Shown here piece by piece: positions 40,260 through 50,707 of a DNA stretch of 64,000 bases. Source of the DNA: a candidate division FCPU426 bacterium (GTDB taxonomy: Bacteria; Oederibacteriota; Muellerivitia; Muellerivitales; Muellerivitaceae); assembly GCA_963796105.1 (NCBI GenBank), contig CAWCKJ010000003.1, positions 192,001 through 256,000 on the forward strand, written 5' to 3'. Position 1 is the stretch's first letter. The number at the start of each line of letters is the position of its first letter. The notes under the pieces were generated by a model. The model saw only the letters and a list, made by a program, of their open reading frames with translations, had not been told where the DNA came from and searched no databases. A program made the translations under genes and the position numbers.

Positions 40260-41315
40260 TTAAATCGGATGAAGCCCGCGTTTTGTGAGCCCCGTGGTCT
40301 CATCTAAACCGAACATTAAATTCATGTTTTGGATCCCAACTTGAGCTCCGCCTTTTCCGATGCTATCCAGGACGCTGAAAACAACTATGCGATTGCGGGT
40401 TTCATCATAATCCAATCCAATAAAGCTAAAGTTCGTTCCTGAGACGCTATTTACCCAGGGATATGGCTTGTATTGCCATGACGCGCTTTCCTCTTTCGGA
40501 AGATCCCAAATTTTAACGAAATACTCTCCTTTATAAAAATCCTTATAAAGTTTCAACAATTTATCTCGGGAGATTTTTCGAGTTGGAAATGCGTGGCAAA
40601 TATCCAGGATTCCTCGAACAATGGGAACGTAAATGGGAGTGAAATTGATTTTCACCTTTTTCATTGCCAGCAAACCCAACTCCTGTTCCATTTCAAAAGT
40701 ATGCCGATGCCCGACGACATTATATGGGATGAGATTATTGCCGATTTCTGCGTGATGGGCCGGGCGGGACAGATCAGCGCCGATTCCTGCGGTTCCCGAT
40801 AAGCCATCCACAACTAGGGTGGAAGTATCTACCAAGCCCTCCTTAACAAGCGGGGCTAAACCCAGGATGGCGGCGGACGCGAAACATCCTGGATTCGCGA
40901 TCACTCTGGCTTTTTTAATTTCCTCGCGGTGTAATTCTGATATCCCATAAACGGCCTCTTGCGCCAATTTCCAGGATTTGTGTTTTTTCTTGTAAACTTT
41001 TTCCCAAAGTTTGCGGTCGGAGAGGCGGAAATCAGCCCCGAGATCAATGACTTTAGATCCTTCTTTTATGAATTTAGGGGCTAATTCCATCGGGACGCCG
41101 GTAGGTAGAGCCATAAAGACAACATCACAAGGGGTGACCTGGTCGGGCCTGATGAATTTAAAACCGGAATCATAAAGGTTTGGATGATAATCCGCTACAT
41201 TTGCGTCACTTCGGCTGGTGGCCCAGCTTATTTCAACTTCCGGATGGTCCATCAGGGTGCGCAGTACTTCTCCGCCCATATAGCCACTCGCGCCATAAAT
41301 ACCAACTTTGATCAT
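40260..41315 (-). CDS. argC: N-acetyl-gamma-glutamyl-phosphate reductase
   Basis: GASGYMG, IDLGADFRL, IANPGC, HRHTFEM, KGGAQVGIQNMN. Confidence 0.9.
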   Translation of the reverse strand: MIKVGIYGASGYMGGEVLRTLMDHPEVEISWATSRSDANVADYHPNLYDSGFKFIRPDQVTPCDVVFMALPTGVPMELAPKFIKEGSKVIDLGADFRLSDRKLWEKVYKKKHKSWKLAQEAVYGISELHREEIKKARVIANPGCFASAAILGLAPLVKEGLVDTSTLVVDGLSGTAGIGADLSRPAHHAEIGNNLIPYNVVGHRHTFEMEQELGLLAMKKVKINFTPIYVPIVRGILDICHAFPTRKISRDKLLKLYKDFYKGEYFVKIWDLPKEESASWQYKPYPWVNSVSGTNFSFIGLDYDETRNRIVVFSVLDSIGKGGAQVGIQNMNLMFGLDETTGLTKRGLHPI

Positions 41316-41378
41316 TGGAAACCTCTTTGATTTTCACATGGTTCAAAAGCAAAAAATTCATTTAATAACTTCTCAAAA

Positions 41379-41454
41379 TGGTGACCCCAACGGGAGTCGA
41401 ACCCGTGTTGCCGGGATGAAAACCCGGCGTCCTAGGCCTCTAGACGATGGGGTC
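41379..41454 (-). tRNA. tRNA-Glu (anticodon TTC)
   Basis: Reverse complement GACCCCATCGTCTAGAGGCCTAGGACGCCGGGTTTTCATCCCGGCAACACGGGTTCGACTCCCGTTGGGGTCACCA folds as a cloverleaf with encoded CCA. Confidence 0.96.
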
Positions 41455-41492
41455 GTCCAAAAATTCCTTGAAAAAAGCCTAAAAGAAAGCAA

Positions 41493-41521
41493 ATTTTAGG
41501 TGAGCGGGGAATGGAAGTCAA
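41493..41521 (-). promoter_or_regulatory. Putative sigma70 promoter of tRNA-Glu/argC
   Basis: Minus strand TTGACT, 17-bp spacer, TAAAAT. Confidence 0.6.
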
Positions 41522-41891
41522 GGAAGGATGAAAAGCTTGTCAAAGGACGGCCTTCCGGGTCGCCAATTTGGGTGGGCAAGGTAACCCGGCACCCATTATC
41601 CGGTGGGCCAAGGGCAGGTAAACTCACGAATACACGGCAAAGGTTTAGGGTTTGCTGAAAGCCATTGCACCGATACGTACCGACATCAACATGTGAAGAA
41701 TGAAGGAACTTAAAGTGTTCTAATTTCTTATGTTGATTGACTAGCCCCCCTACAAAAGCGAGGCAATTATCCGTAAAAATCCAACTCTCGGGCTTTGTCG
41801 CGATTTCTTTCTGCTGAAAACCGGATGACGATTCTCTTTTCTCCCGCTATGATACATCTTTATTTATCGATTCAATTCCTGGGGTTAATGG

Positions 41892-42428
41892 ATGTACGGA
41901 AAATCGTTTTTGATTATTCTTTGTGTTGTTTTAATAATAGCCTTAATCACGGGGGAAGCCATGGCTAAGAAAAAAAAGAAAACGAAAGCGAATCCCAAGG
42001 TTATTTTCGAGACTACACAGGGTCCTTTTATTGCCGAACTTTTTTCGGATGTTCCGACAACGACAAAAAATTTCGCCGAATTAGTTTCTGCGGGGTTTTA
42101 TGATGGCTTGACATTTCACCGTTACGTCCAGGGATTCGTTATTCAAGGGGGAGATCCCACTGGAACAGGGGGCGGCGGCTCAAGTAAGACGATTCCTCTT
42201 GAGATTACCGCTCACCAGCATGTCATGGGTGCCTTAGGCATGGCGCGTTCCGCTGACCCCAATTCCGCTTCCAGCCAATTTTATGTGTGTTTGGCGGATG
42301 CGCCTAATTTGAACGGCGGTTATACTGTATTTGGCCGTGTCTTAGAGGGTATGGATAATGTTTTAAAATTAAGGCAAGGGGACAAAATGACTAAAGTTAC
42401 CCTTCGGATAAAAGACATGGGAAAGTAG
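41892..42428 (+). CDS. Cyclophilin-type peptidyl-prolyl isomerase
   Basis: FYDGLTFHR, IQGGDP, ALGMARS, SASSQFY, YTVFGRV; N-terminal hydrophobic segment if this start is real. Confidence 0.92.
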   Translation: MYGKSFLIILCVVLIIALITGEAMAKKKKKTKANPKVIFETTQGPFIAELFSDVPTTTKNFAELVSAGFYDGLTFHRYVQGFVIQGGDPTGTGGGGSSKTIPLEITAHQHVMGALGMARSADPNSASSQFYVCLADAPNLNGGYTVFGRVLEGMDNVLKLRQGDKMTKVTLRIKDMGK

Positions 42429-42488
42429 CTGATTATAAGTTTTCTCTGCAATGAATCCTTTTGTGAAATGAAAGTGGGTTAACTTAAT

Positions 42489-43526
42489 ATGGCTATTACG
42501 ATAAAAGATGTAGCTCAAAAGGCTGGCGTGTCTGTTGCGACAGTCTCTAGGGTTGTAAATCAAAAGGACATTCATAAGGTTGGTCAAAAAACCCAGCAAC
42601 GTATCGAAAAAATCCTTAAGGAAATGGGCTATTACCCCAACACCATGGCTCGGGGTTTGAAAACCCGAAAATCCTACAACATTGGCGTTGTCTTTTTTTG
42701 GTACGACAAACCCTCCTTGAGTGATTTTTATTTGACCCGTGTTCTAGACGGAATCATCAGTTTTATCAGTGAAAAAAAATACAACATTCTCATGAATACC
42801 TTTAGTCGGAATATTCAAAACGAGGGTGTTTACGCTAATTTCGTCAATTCCGGGTTGGTGGACGGCGTGCTTGCCATAGCACCGCCGGTTGAGTCTTGTT
42901 TTTACAGGGATTTAAAACAAGGCGCGCTTCCATACGTGCTGGTTAATTACCAGGTGAATGATCCGGATGTTTGTTTCGTCGATTGTTTGAATACCCAGGG
43001 AATCATTGATGTTGTGGATCACCTGATCGCCTTGGATCATAAGCGAATTGGCTTCATCGCGGGGGATATCCAGTATTCCAAAAATTCATTGGATCGTTTC
43101 AACGCGTTTAAATACATCATGAAGAAACGCGGGCTTCATTACCATGATGAGCATGTTTATTATGGGAATTGGAATGAAACCAGCGGAACGAAGGCGGTTG
43201 AGACTTTTTGGAAAACTAAAAATCCGCCAACCGCCGTTATCGCCTCAAGCGATACGATGGCCCTTGGCGCCATCAAACAGCTTCGAAAACAGGGGTTGAG
43301 AGTTCCACAGGATGTGGCTGTGGTGGGTTTCGATGATTTAGCGACTGAGTCAGGTTTGACGACAGTCCATCAGCCGGCTTATGACATGGGTTACGAGGCC
43401 GCGAAGATGTTGTGGAATCAGATTGAGAAAAGGCCGTTAGAATATACCCATCGATTTTTCCCGACCAAGCTTGTGGTGCGGGAAAGCTGCGGTTATTACT
43501 TGAGAAATCCGCAGGAGAAGCAATGA
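42489..43526 (+). CDS. LacI family transcriptional regulator
   Basis: TIKDVAQKAGVSVATVSRVVN, YYPNTMARGL, VVGFDD, LVVRESC. Confidence 0.93.
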   Translation: MAITIKDVAQKAGVSVATVSRVVNQKDIHKVGQKTQQRIEKILKEMGYYPNTMARGLKTRKSYNIGVVFFWYDKPSLSDFYLTRVLDGIISFISEKKYNILMNTFSRNIQNEGVYANFVNSGLVDGVLAIAPPVESCFYRDLKQGALPYVLVNYQVNDPDVCFVDCLNTQGIIDVVDHLIALDHKRIGFIAGDIQYSKNSLDRFNAFKYIMKKRGLHYHDEHVYYGNWNETSGTKAVETFWKTKNPPTAVIASSDTMALGAIKQLRKQGLRVPQDVAVVGFDDLATESGLTTVHQPAYDMGYEAAKMLWNQIEKRPLEYTHRFFPTKLVVRESCGYYLRNPQEKQ

Positions 43527-43538
43527 AAAGCGCTTTTG
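43524..43538. promoter_or_regulatory. Candidate LacI-family operator
   Basis: TGAAAAGCGCTTTTG contains the 12-bp palindrome AAAAGCGCTTTT with a central GCGC; lies between the lacI gene and the hydrolase gene. Confidence 0.5.
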
Positions 43539-43604
43539 TTTTAGACGTGTTTGTGTTGCTTAAAAAAACTTTGACATTGAACCAACTTTTGAAAAGGAGT
43601 ATAT

Positions 43605-46499
43605 ATGCGTTCCGTGAAATCAATTAAATCTCTTCTGATTTTTGCGTTGCTTTTTGTTTTATCAGTTCCTGTCTGGGCGGACTTTACCGCCGATCTAACT
43701 GACACGGCTACTCCCATCCGAATTGACGGTGACCTTTCCGACTGGACTCTTCCTCCGGTCATTAATTTTGATAAAAAAGAGCAAGTTGTCCTTGGCCAAA
43801 ACGATTGGAACTCTATTTCCGACTTGCGGGCCAGTATTTTCATGACTTATGACAAGGATAACCTATACATCGGCGCGGACATCACCAGCAAGACACCCCA
43901 GTTTAATACCCAAGAAGGGAATAACTTATACAATGGCGATAATTTGGAACTTTATGTTGGCACGGATCTATCCAACCCAAAACGAACTACCTACGCACCC
44001 ACCGATGTTCAAATATTCATTTCTCCGGGTAAGAATGGGGAAAACCCTTCAGTTTTCAGCGCTACGGATAAAGCGCCAATACCGGGAGCCAAAGTTGCTA
44101 CTAAGCTGACTAAATCGGGTTACACACTGGAAGCATCCATCCCTCTCAAGTTTTTCTATAAGATCAACGTTGGCCCCGGCAAAACCATCGGATTCGATTG
44201 CGCCTTGGATGATGTAGGCGCCTCTTCTAAGGCCCGAGACATGCAGATGTGTTGGACCCAGCAACCCAATAGCTGGCAAGACGCCTCCCAATTCGGAATC
44301 TTAACTTTCAAGGGAAGCACTGTTTACGTCAATACCGAGCCTAAAGTGGCCATGCCGAACGCCGCCGCCAATCAGGAATTGGATCCAAAGGCCGGGGCGA
44401 AAAACTCCTCCACTGACGGGGTATTGCTTTGGGGATTCAATGGTGATTTGGGCGGTTTTTCCGGTTCGGTAAGCCTTTCAACTGATATTACCAGCGAGGG
44501 CACAGGAGCCCTCTTGATAAACGCTGATGGTTCTCAAGGTTGGAACCAAAATCTCGCGCTTACTGCTGATATTCCCAATGCGGACAAATGGACCGATTTG
44601 AAGTTGATAACCTTGGATGTTTATTTCCCTGTGGGAAGTCTCGCTAAATCCAATTACACCGAAATTTACCTGGTTTCCCAGAGCCAAGCCAATAATTGGA
44701 ATGAAATCAAAATGAAAGCCCAGGAAGGGTGGAATCATTTTAAGAATGAAGTGGACGCCAGCCAATTCAAGGGAATTTACAAAATGTACATTGTCCTTAA
44801 TTCGGGCGGGCCCATCCAAGGATCGGTTATCGTCGATAACATCAGGGGAGTCTATAAGGGCGCTACCGCAGTTTTAAAGGGCTCCGTGACGACACAAGAT
44901 GGAAAACCTGTCGTAGGCGCGATCCTTGCGGTCGCGAAGAAACTTGTCAATTCAGCGGCTGATGGAACTTTCGAGATGAATATTCCCGCTGATGAATACA
45001 CAGCAGAGGCCTTTTGCCCGGGTTTTGATCCCTACAAGGAAAATATCAAGGTTAACTCGAACGGGGTAAATACTTGGAACCCAATTTTGAAACCCAGCGA
45101 AGCCCTCTTGAAACCTGTAGTTGCGGATGTCTATTTTGATAGAAAAGTCCGGACCATTAATCCTCATTATATTTTCGGCAATAATCTCGCGGCCTGGGAC
45201 ACTCCTAAATGGTATACCGACCCGATTGCCGTGGAAAGAGTGAAGGCCATCACTTCTTATATCCGGATTCCAGGAGGAGCCTACGGGAATATTTGGGATT
45301 GGAAAACCGGTCAAGTCATGCAAAAGGATGGGGTGTCAGTTTCTTGGACGCCTGATTTCCGCTGGCCGGATATGGTTAATTTCGTCAAAAATAATAATTT
45401 TGAGCCTATTTTAATCGCGAACATCATGACTCGTGACGTGCAGAACTGTCTTGATTGGATCGCGGACGCGAAAGCCAGGGGATTGAATGTCAGGTACGTC
45501 GAAATGGGGAACGAGCCCGACTACGAGCCCGATATGGCTTACCAAGGCCAAAATCAATATTGGACGGTCATCGATAATTATTGCAAGCATTATTTGGAAT
45601 TCGCAAAAGCCATTCGCGCGAAATATCCGGATATCAAGCTCATGGGCCCGGCTTGCGCCCAGGTTTCGAACCGGGAAAGAAAAGAGGGTTCCCCTTGGCT
45701 TGCCACGGATGCCTCTCCTTGGTGGGTGGAGAAATTCCTGGAAGAGTGCGGGGCCTACGTGGACGTTGTTTCCGTCCATACATACCCCTATTGGAACAAT
45801 GACAGCGATCCGGCGTTATTGTCAAAGACGAATCTTTGGCAGGAATATGTTCCTAAAATACGCGAGGCGATCAAAAAGAACATTCCCGATAGGTATGATC
45901 AAATTGAAATCTCGGTCAGCGAGTGGAACTCCGGCGACGAGAATTCCGCAACCGCCCGTTTGGTCAATGGCGTTTTTTGCGCGGACTTCCTGGCCCAGAT
46001 GATGTTATGGGGGGTCAACCAAACGAATATTTGGGATCTTTACACCCAAAAACCGGCTCAAGGGGGCGGTCATGGGGTCTTGGATCCCATGAACGATCCG
46101 GATCAGCCTTACGCCCAACGTTCCGATTATTGGGCGCTATACATGCTGGAGCATTATTTCGGGACTACACTCTACCAGGCTGTTTCATCCAACCCGGACT
46201 ATCTCTCGGTTTACGCCAGCACGAATGGAAAGAAAAAATACCTGCTTTTCGTGAACAAGGACCCGAAAAACACATTTAAGACTTCAGTGAATCTCGGGAA
46301 AAGCGTCAAGGGAAAGATGAAACTTGATTTTTACCGTTTAGGCTCACAGGAATACCAATGGAGCGAAAATTTATATCGAGCCGTTATTAACAAAGGCCCC
46401 TCCCATCTGAAAGGGAATCTTGCCGTGGGAAGCCACTTTGAGGCCTCTTTCCCGCCGTACTCCATAACCTGCATTGAAATGACTCCGCTGAAGAAATAA
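43605..46499 (+). CDS. Secreted multidomain glycoside hydrolase: CBM9-like domain, second CBM-like domain, carboxypeptidase-regulatory-like linker, clan GH-A catalytic domain (GH44/51/79-like)
   Basis: IRIDGDLSDW..DNLYIGA..YTLEASIP (CBM9-like); IRIPGG, EMGNEPD acid/base, VSVHTY, SEWN nucleophile. Confidence 0.8.
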   Translation: MRSVKSIKSLLIFALLFVLSVPVWADFTADLTDTATPIRIDGDLSDWTLPPVINFDKKEQVVLGQNDWNSISDLRASIFMTYDKDNLYIGADITSKTPQFNTQEGNNLYNGDNLELYVGTDLSNPKRTTYAPTDVQIFISPGKNGENPSVFSATDKAPIPGAKVATKLTKSGYTLEASIPLKFFYKINVGPGKTIGFDCALDDVGASSKARDMQMCWTQQPNSWQDASQFGILTFKGSTVYVNTEPKVAMPNAAANQELDPKAGAKNSSTDGVLLWGFNGDLGGFSGSVSLSTDITSEGTGALLINADGSQGWNQNLALTADIPNADKWTDLKLITLDVYFPVGSLAKSNYTEIYLVSQSQANNWNEIKMKAQEGWNHFKNEVDASQFKGIYKMYIVLNSGGPIQGSVIVDNIRGVYKGATAVLKGSVTTQDGKPVVGAILAVAKKLVNSAADGTFEMNIPADEYTAEAFCPGFDPYKENIKVNSNGVNTWNPILKPSEALLKPVVADVYFDRKVRTINPHYIFGNNLAAWDTPKWYTDPIAVERVKAITSYIRIPGGAYGNIWDWKTGQVMQKDGVSVSWTPDFRWPDMVNFVKNNNFEPILIANIMTRDVQNCLDWIADAKARGLNVRYVEMGNEPDYEPDMAYQGQNQYWTVIDNYCKHYLEFAKAIRAKYPDIKLMGPACAQVSNRERKEGSPWLATDASPWWVEKFLEECGAYVDVVSVHTYPYWNNDSDPALLSKTNLWQEYVPKIREAIKKNIPDRYDQIEISVSEWNSGDENSATARLVNGVFCADFLAQMMLWGVNQTNIWDLYTQKPAQGGGHGVLDPMNDPDQPYAQRSDYWALYMLEHYFGTTLYQAVSSNPDYLSVYASTNGKKKYLLFVNKDPKNTFKTSVNLGKSVKGKMKLDFYRLGSQEYQWSENLYRAVINKGPSHLKGNLAVGSHFEASFPPYSITCIEMTPLKK

Positions 46500-46500
46500 C

Positions 46501-46532
46501 AACTTTTCGGCGTGTAAAAGCGCCGAAAAGTT
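46501..46532. terminator. Hairpin after the hydrolase gene
   Basis: AACTTTTCGGCG / CGCCGAAAAGTT perfect 12-bp stem. Confidence 0.6.
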
Positions 46533-46606
46533 GACAAATTTCTTGGCCTTGTAAAACCCGTGTGTTAAATTGTTTTTCACGAGTTTTCCTGAAGGAGTTT
46601 TACTCC

Positions 46607-48694
46607 GTGTCCGAAGACAAAGCCGTCCTCATTAAAACCGCTTATTCCTATTATCAAAAAGGGGATTGGGACAGGGCAATCGAGGAATATCACAAACTGG
46701 CGGATTTGGACGCCAAAGATTTGAACGTTCACAACATGCTGGCCGATATTTACGCGAAAAAAGGCGATGTTTCCGAGGCCCTCCAGCAATACGATCTTGT
46801 CGCCCAGGGATTTGACCAGAAAAATCTCGTCGACAAGGTTCTCCAAGTTTATAAACGCATGTTGAAGCTTACCCCCAACGACCCTGATCTTCTTGCTGCC
46901 GTTAAAAACCTCATGGATAAATACTTGACTCGAGCCACCCAAGCCGAGGAAAAGGAACCGGAAAAAGCGGCCGAAATATACCGTTCTATTCTCAAGGCGG
47001 AGCCCACTCGGATTGATGCCAATTTTCAATATTCAAAACTCTTGATGAAATCCGGCAAAAAGTTTGAGGCCATTGAAGGTTTAATGTCCCTTACCGCCAC
47101 ATTGGATCCAACCACTCAAACGGGGAAGTTAATCGAAATTCTTAAACTCGTGGCGGATTTGGATCCGGTGAATATCGATGCCCGGGAGCAATTAGTCGCT
47201 CTTCTTGAAAACGGCAAAATGATTGATGCGGCCGTAAAAAGTCTCCAGGACTTGATTGAGATATTTATCAGCCGAAATGATTTTGGCAAAGCCGAGGAGG
47301 CGGCCAAGAAAGCTATTCAACTTGGCGATCAAAACACTTATTACCATTTGGGAGTCGTTTATTTCAATCAACAAAAATACGATGAAAGCTGGGTTGCGTT
47401 CGAGAAGTTTTTAGAGCTTCAAGGCGCGCATGTCGGCGCGTTAAAGTATCTTGCCCTGGCTTTTCTACGGTTAAACCGCAATGGCGACGCGGTCAAGGTT
47501 TACTTAAAAATCCTGGATGTTTATTACAACGAGAATCTTCTGGATGAGGCCCGGGAGGTACGCCAGACCATCCTGGAACTAGAGCCGGAAAACCCCGATT
47601 TGAAGAAATACGCCCTTGAAAAGGATTTGCCACCACCGATTCCATTGACCCCTGATCCCTCGGCTTTAGAGGCTGCCCGGCAGGAGGAAGAACTTCAGAT
47701 TCGAAACCACTTTACTCAAGCCGAGACCTTTTCCGAGAAAGGGCTCTTCGAGCAGGCTATCGATGTTTACCTCGACATGCTGAAGAAATGGCCTCAATTA
47801 TCCGAGGTGCGGGTGAAGTTACAGCAGGTTTACGCCCTGATGGCGAGGGCCATGGAGCCGCCTGAAAAACAACTGTCCCCTGATGAGATCAAAACTGAAC
47901 TGGAAAAGGAATTGAGGGAGCAAATCCGGAGGGAATTGGAGGAACAGGCAAGGCAGACGCGGGAAGTCCAGGACGAGATGGAGCGCAAAAGGGAATTGGA
48001 CCAGGTGAAAATGAAGCAGGAACTTGAGTCGAAAATCTTGGAACAAGTTCAACGCACACAGGAAGAGGAGTTGCGTCAGCGTTTGAACAAGGAATTTGAG
48101 GAAAAACAACGGCTTTTGGATCAGGAGCGTGAACAGCTGGAGAAGGAAAAAGCTCAATCCTACGAACGGCTGAAATCGGAATTGGAAGAAACTAAAACTT
48201 CCCTGGAGAAAAAAATCCGGGAAGAGATTGAGAATGAGTTTAACGAAAAGAAGAAAATAACAGAATCGTTGGAAAAGGAGAAGGCGAGGGAAGCTCAAAT
48301 GAGGGAGCTTTTAATTAAGGAAGAAGAAGAACGAAAGCAATATGACTTAAAGAAAAGGGAGCAGGAAGAGGATAGGGCGCGCATCAACCAGGAGATACTT
48401 CAAGGAATGGAAAGGTTGAGGATTGAGAAGGAAAAAGAAATTAAAACCTCCGGAACATCCGTCCTTAATCTGGACCCTGATATTGACAATGCCAACGAGG
48501 CGGTCAAATCTTCCAGATATTCCCAAGAAAGTCTCGAGGATCCTTTTATCCGCCAAACTCTCGCGGATATTTACGCCAAACAGGGGCTTTTCGTGGAAGC
48601 ATTGAAAATATATGAAAAAATCCTGGTAGATGAGCCGGAAAACCAGGATGTGAAGGAGAAATTGAGGAATATCCTGCGGATGAAAGGCATCTGA
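46607..48694 (+). CDS. TPR-repeat protein with a long coiled coil and a C-terminal TPR
   Basis: AAGGAG RBS then GTG; multiple TPRs, E/K/R-rich helical region, C-terminal TLADIYAKQG..EALKIYEKIL. Confidence 0.85.
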   Translation: MSEDKAVLIKTAYSYYQKGDWDRAIEEYHKLADLDAKDLNVHNMLADIYAKKGDVSEALQQYDLVAQGFDQKNLVDKVLQVYKRMLKLTPNDPDLLAAVKNLMDKYLTRATQAEEKEPEKAAEIYRSILKAEPTRIDANFQYSKLLMKSGKKFEAIEGLMSLTATLDPTTQTGKLIEILKLVADLDPVNIDAREQLVALLENGKMIDAAVKSLQDLIEIFISRNDFGKAEEAAKKAIQLGDQNTYYHLGVVYFNQQKYDESWVAFEKFLELQGAHVGALKYLALAFLRLNRNGDAVKVYLKILDVYYNENLLDEAREVRQTILELEPENPDLKKYALEKDLPPPIPLTPDPSALEAARQEEELQIRNHFTQAETFSEKGLFEQAIDVYLDMLKKWPQLSEVRVKLQQVYALMARAMEPPEKQLSPDEIKTELEKELREQIRRELEEQARQTREVQDEMERKRELDQVKMKQELESKILEQVQRTQEEELRQRLNKEFEEKQRLLDQEREQLEKEKAQSYERLKSELEETKTSLEKKIREEIENEFNEKKKITESLEKEKAREAQMRELLIKEEEERKQYDLKKREQEEDRARINQEILQGMERLRIEKEKEIKTSGTSVLNLDPDIDNANEAVKSSRYSQESLEDPFIRQTLADIYAKQGLFVEALKIYEKILVDEPENQDVKEKLRNILRMKGI

Positions 48695-48778
48695 TTCGTT
48701 TTCCACCCATCTAATTTCTGTTCGTTTCCCCACCCCGATAAACCGCTTCAATTTCGGCCGATTCTCAACCGGCTAAAT

Positions 48779-50707
48779 TTAATGTGCCAGTATTTTCGAG
48801 ACTATATTTCTTGCGGAAACATTACCCGGCTGATCTCTTAATAATCGTTCCAAACAAGTTAAAGCAAAATCATTCTTATTCATCTTGAAATAAAGGAAAC
48901 CAAGGTTGTAGTACAGGTCAGAATATCGACCTTGAGTCATTTGAATGGCCTCTAGGAATAGCGATTCCGCAATTTCCGCATGGCCGGTTCGGGCGCAGAA
49001 AATGCCCAAGTTTGAAAGACCAATCGGATAACTTGTTCGCCTGTAAAAATCGGAAATGCAATTATCGAATTTGGATGGGGAAGATATTTGAATTAACTTC
49101 GCGGCTTCAAGGGGAAGGGATTTGGAAATGCCTCGGTCCGCGAGGAGTTGGGAATAATCCACTGCTTGGATATTATCCGTATAACCTTTTCTCAAATAAA
49201 CAGCGTCCGATTCATCCAAATAGACCAACCGCCATTCGGGCATCCCATTGAGTTGCAATATCCATTGCGGGGGATCATTCAGGCTTAAAAATATGATATC
49301 CGCTTGGTATTTGGCGGCTAATGAACTTAAACCCCCGTTTTGGAATGACGCCATATACTCAGTGAAAAGATCCTTACCCATCACATGAAGACGTCCGTCG
49401 ATAAACGTTTTTTGGCGTCCTTGCCACTCCAACCAATCTCCGGGATCAAGGGAATTGAGAATTCGACCATTCAATTTATTTTTGGTGAGGAATTGGGCGG
49501 CTCGGATAGGTTGAAGTTCGGTATTGATTCCTATGCCGAATCGTTCAGCGCGTTTGGAGGTGACGTAATAAGCGCTTGTAATGACCCGCAAACAAAGTCC
49601 AAGAATAATCAAAGTGAAACCAAATGGGATTATGCGTTTGTTCTTTAGGATTTCAGGAAATTTCCATTTCCAAACACCTTTCAGGTCATTCCAACAGGTT
49701 GCCGCGATAGGGGCGCAGGACAGCGTGAAAAGGGGGATATTGCGAATAGCAACCGCGGAAATGGAAAACATCGCTAAAGGCATTAAAATTTCATGTAGTT
49801 TTCTTTTTTTAAACGTAAATACAATTAATAACAATAATACGATGCTGAATAACATGTAGGTAATCACATTATTGAATTGTGCGGATAACGCAAGTCCATT
49901 CAAGCCCCATGGGGATTTCAATTCCTGGACTGAATTTTTAAATACATCACTAGAGTTCAATTCTAGAAGATGTTTTATCGGGAAATACAGGCCTTTCATA
50001 AAGTAAGGATTAAGCCATGTGGCTGCTAGGGAAAGGAATCCCCAAAAGAATAATTTCCGATCGACTTTGCGATTGCGGAAGTATGAGGAGACGCAATAGA
50101 TCCCGATCAGTCCCCACCCGATAAAAAAAAGGCCTTCGGTATTCGCCCAGAACCATTGGATCATTGGAAGAAGGAATAATCGATCCCTCGACTGATCTAA
50201 CCATGACTCTAAAACCCAAAGAGTCAACCCCATGAGTATCCAGCTAAGGACTTCCGGCCGTGATCGAAAACGGAATTCGGACGCGAAGAGAACAACCGCA
50301 AATAGCAATAAGGAGAACCCATGTGACTCACCGGTTTTATATAAGCGAAGAAAAACTAACCCGAAAGCCAAGAGGATTAACCCGATATGAAAAACAGATA
50401 TAAGTGGATAACCGCCAAATTTGTAAACCAGGTATAAGGGAATTTGATAAAGCCATTGCATATCGGTATAGGAATGGTTAGGAACTGTATAAGTAAATGG
50501 ATCGGTAGAAGGGAATTGATGGTTTTCAAGGATCCATTGGCCCGATCTTAAGTGAAACCCCAGATCTGAATCATCGATGAGCCTCCCCGAAAGAAGCGCG
50601 AGAAGAAGAAAAGAGGCTAAAAGTGGATAAATCCATTGGCCGGACGAACGATATGGATAGGATTCCGAATCTGGCAAAGGATGATCCTGATTTTGTTGAA
50701 TGTCCAT
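48779..50707 (-). CDS. Polytopic membrane protein, GT-C-fold-like, with C-terminal TPR
   Basis: DDSDLGFHLRSG after the first TM, RSRPE, LNPY, FIDGR motifs, many TM segments, C-terminal TPR. Confidence 0.7.
   Translation of the reverse strand: MDIQQNQDHPLPDSESYPYRSSGQWIYPLLASFLLLALLSGRLIDDSDLGFHLRSGQWILENHQFPSTDPFTYTVPNHSYTDMQWLYQIPLYLVYKFGGYPLISVFHIGLILLAFGLVFLRLYKTGESHGFSLLLFAVVLFASEFRFRSRPEVLSWILMGLTLWVLESWLDQSRDRLFLLPMIQWFWANTEGLFFIGWGLIGIYCVSSYFRNRKVDRKLFFWGFLSLAATWLNPYFMKGLYFPIKHLLELNSSDVFKNSVQELKSPWGLNGLALSAQFNNVITYMLFSIVLLLLIVFTFKKRKLHEILMPLAMFSISAVAIRNIPLFTLSCAPIAATCWNDLKGVWKWKFPEILKNKRIIPFGFTLIILGLCLRVITSAYYVTSKRAERFGIGINTELQPIRAAQFLTKNKLNGRILNSLDPGDWLEWQGRQKTFIDGRLHVMGKDLFTEYMASFQNGGLSSLAAKYQADIIFLSLNDPPQWILQLNGMPEWRLVYLDESDAVYLRKGYTDNIQAVDYSQLLADRGISKSLPLEAAKLIQISSPSKFDNCISDFYRRTSYPIGLSNLGIFCARTGHAEIAESLFLEAIQMTQGRYSDLYYNLGFLYFKMNKNDFALTCLERLLRDQPGNVSARNIVSKILAH

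Noticed and set aside
41308..41499. 63-aa ORF
   Set aside because: Antisense to tRNA-Glu.
41540..41670. Possible riboswitch or ncRNA (GC-rich segment containing GGCAAA)
   Set aside because: Lacks the GAAA tetraloop stem and GCAAAGC elements of c-di-GMP-I riboswitches; no convincing fold by eye. An Rfam scan would settle it.
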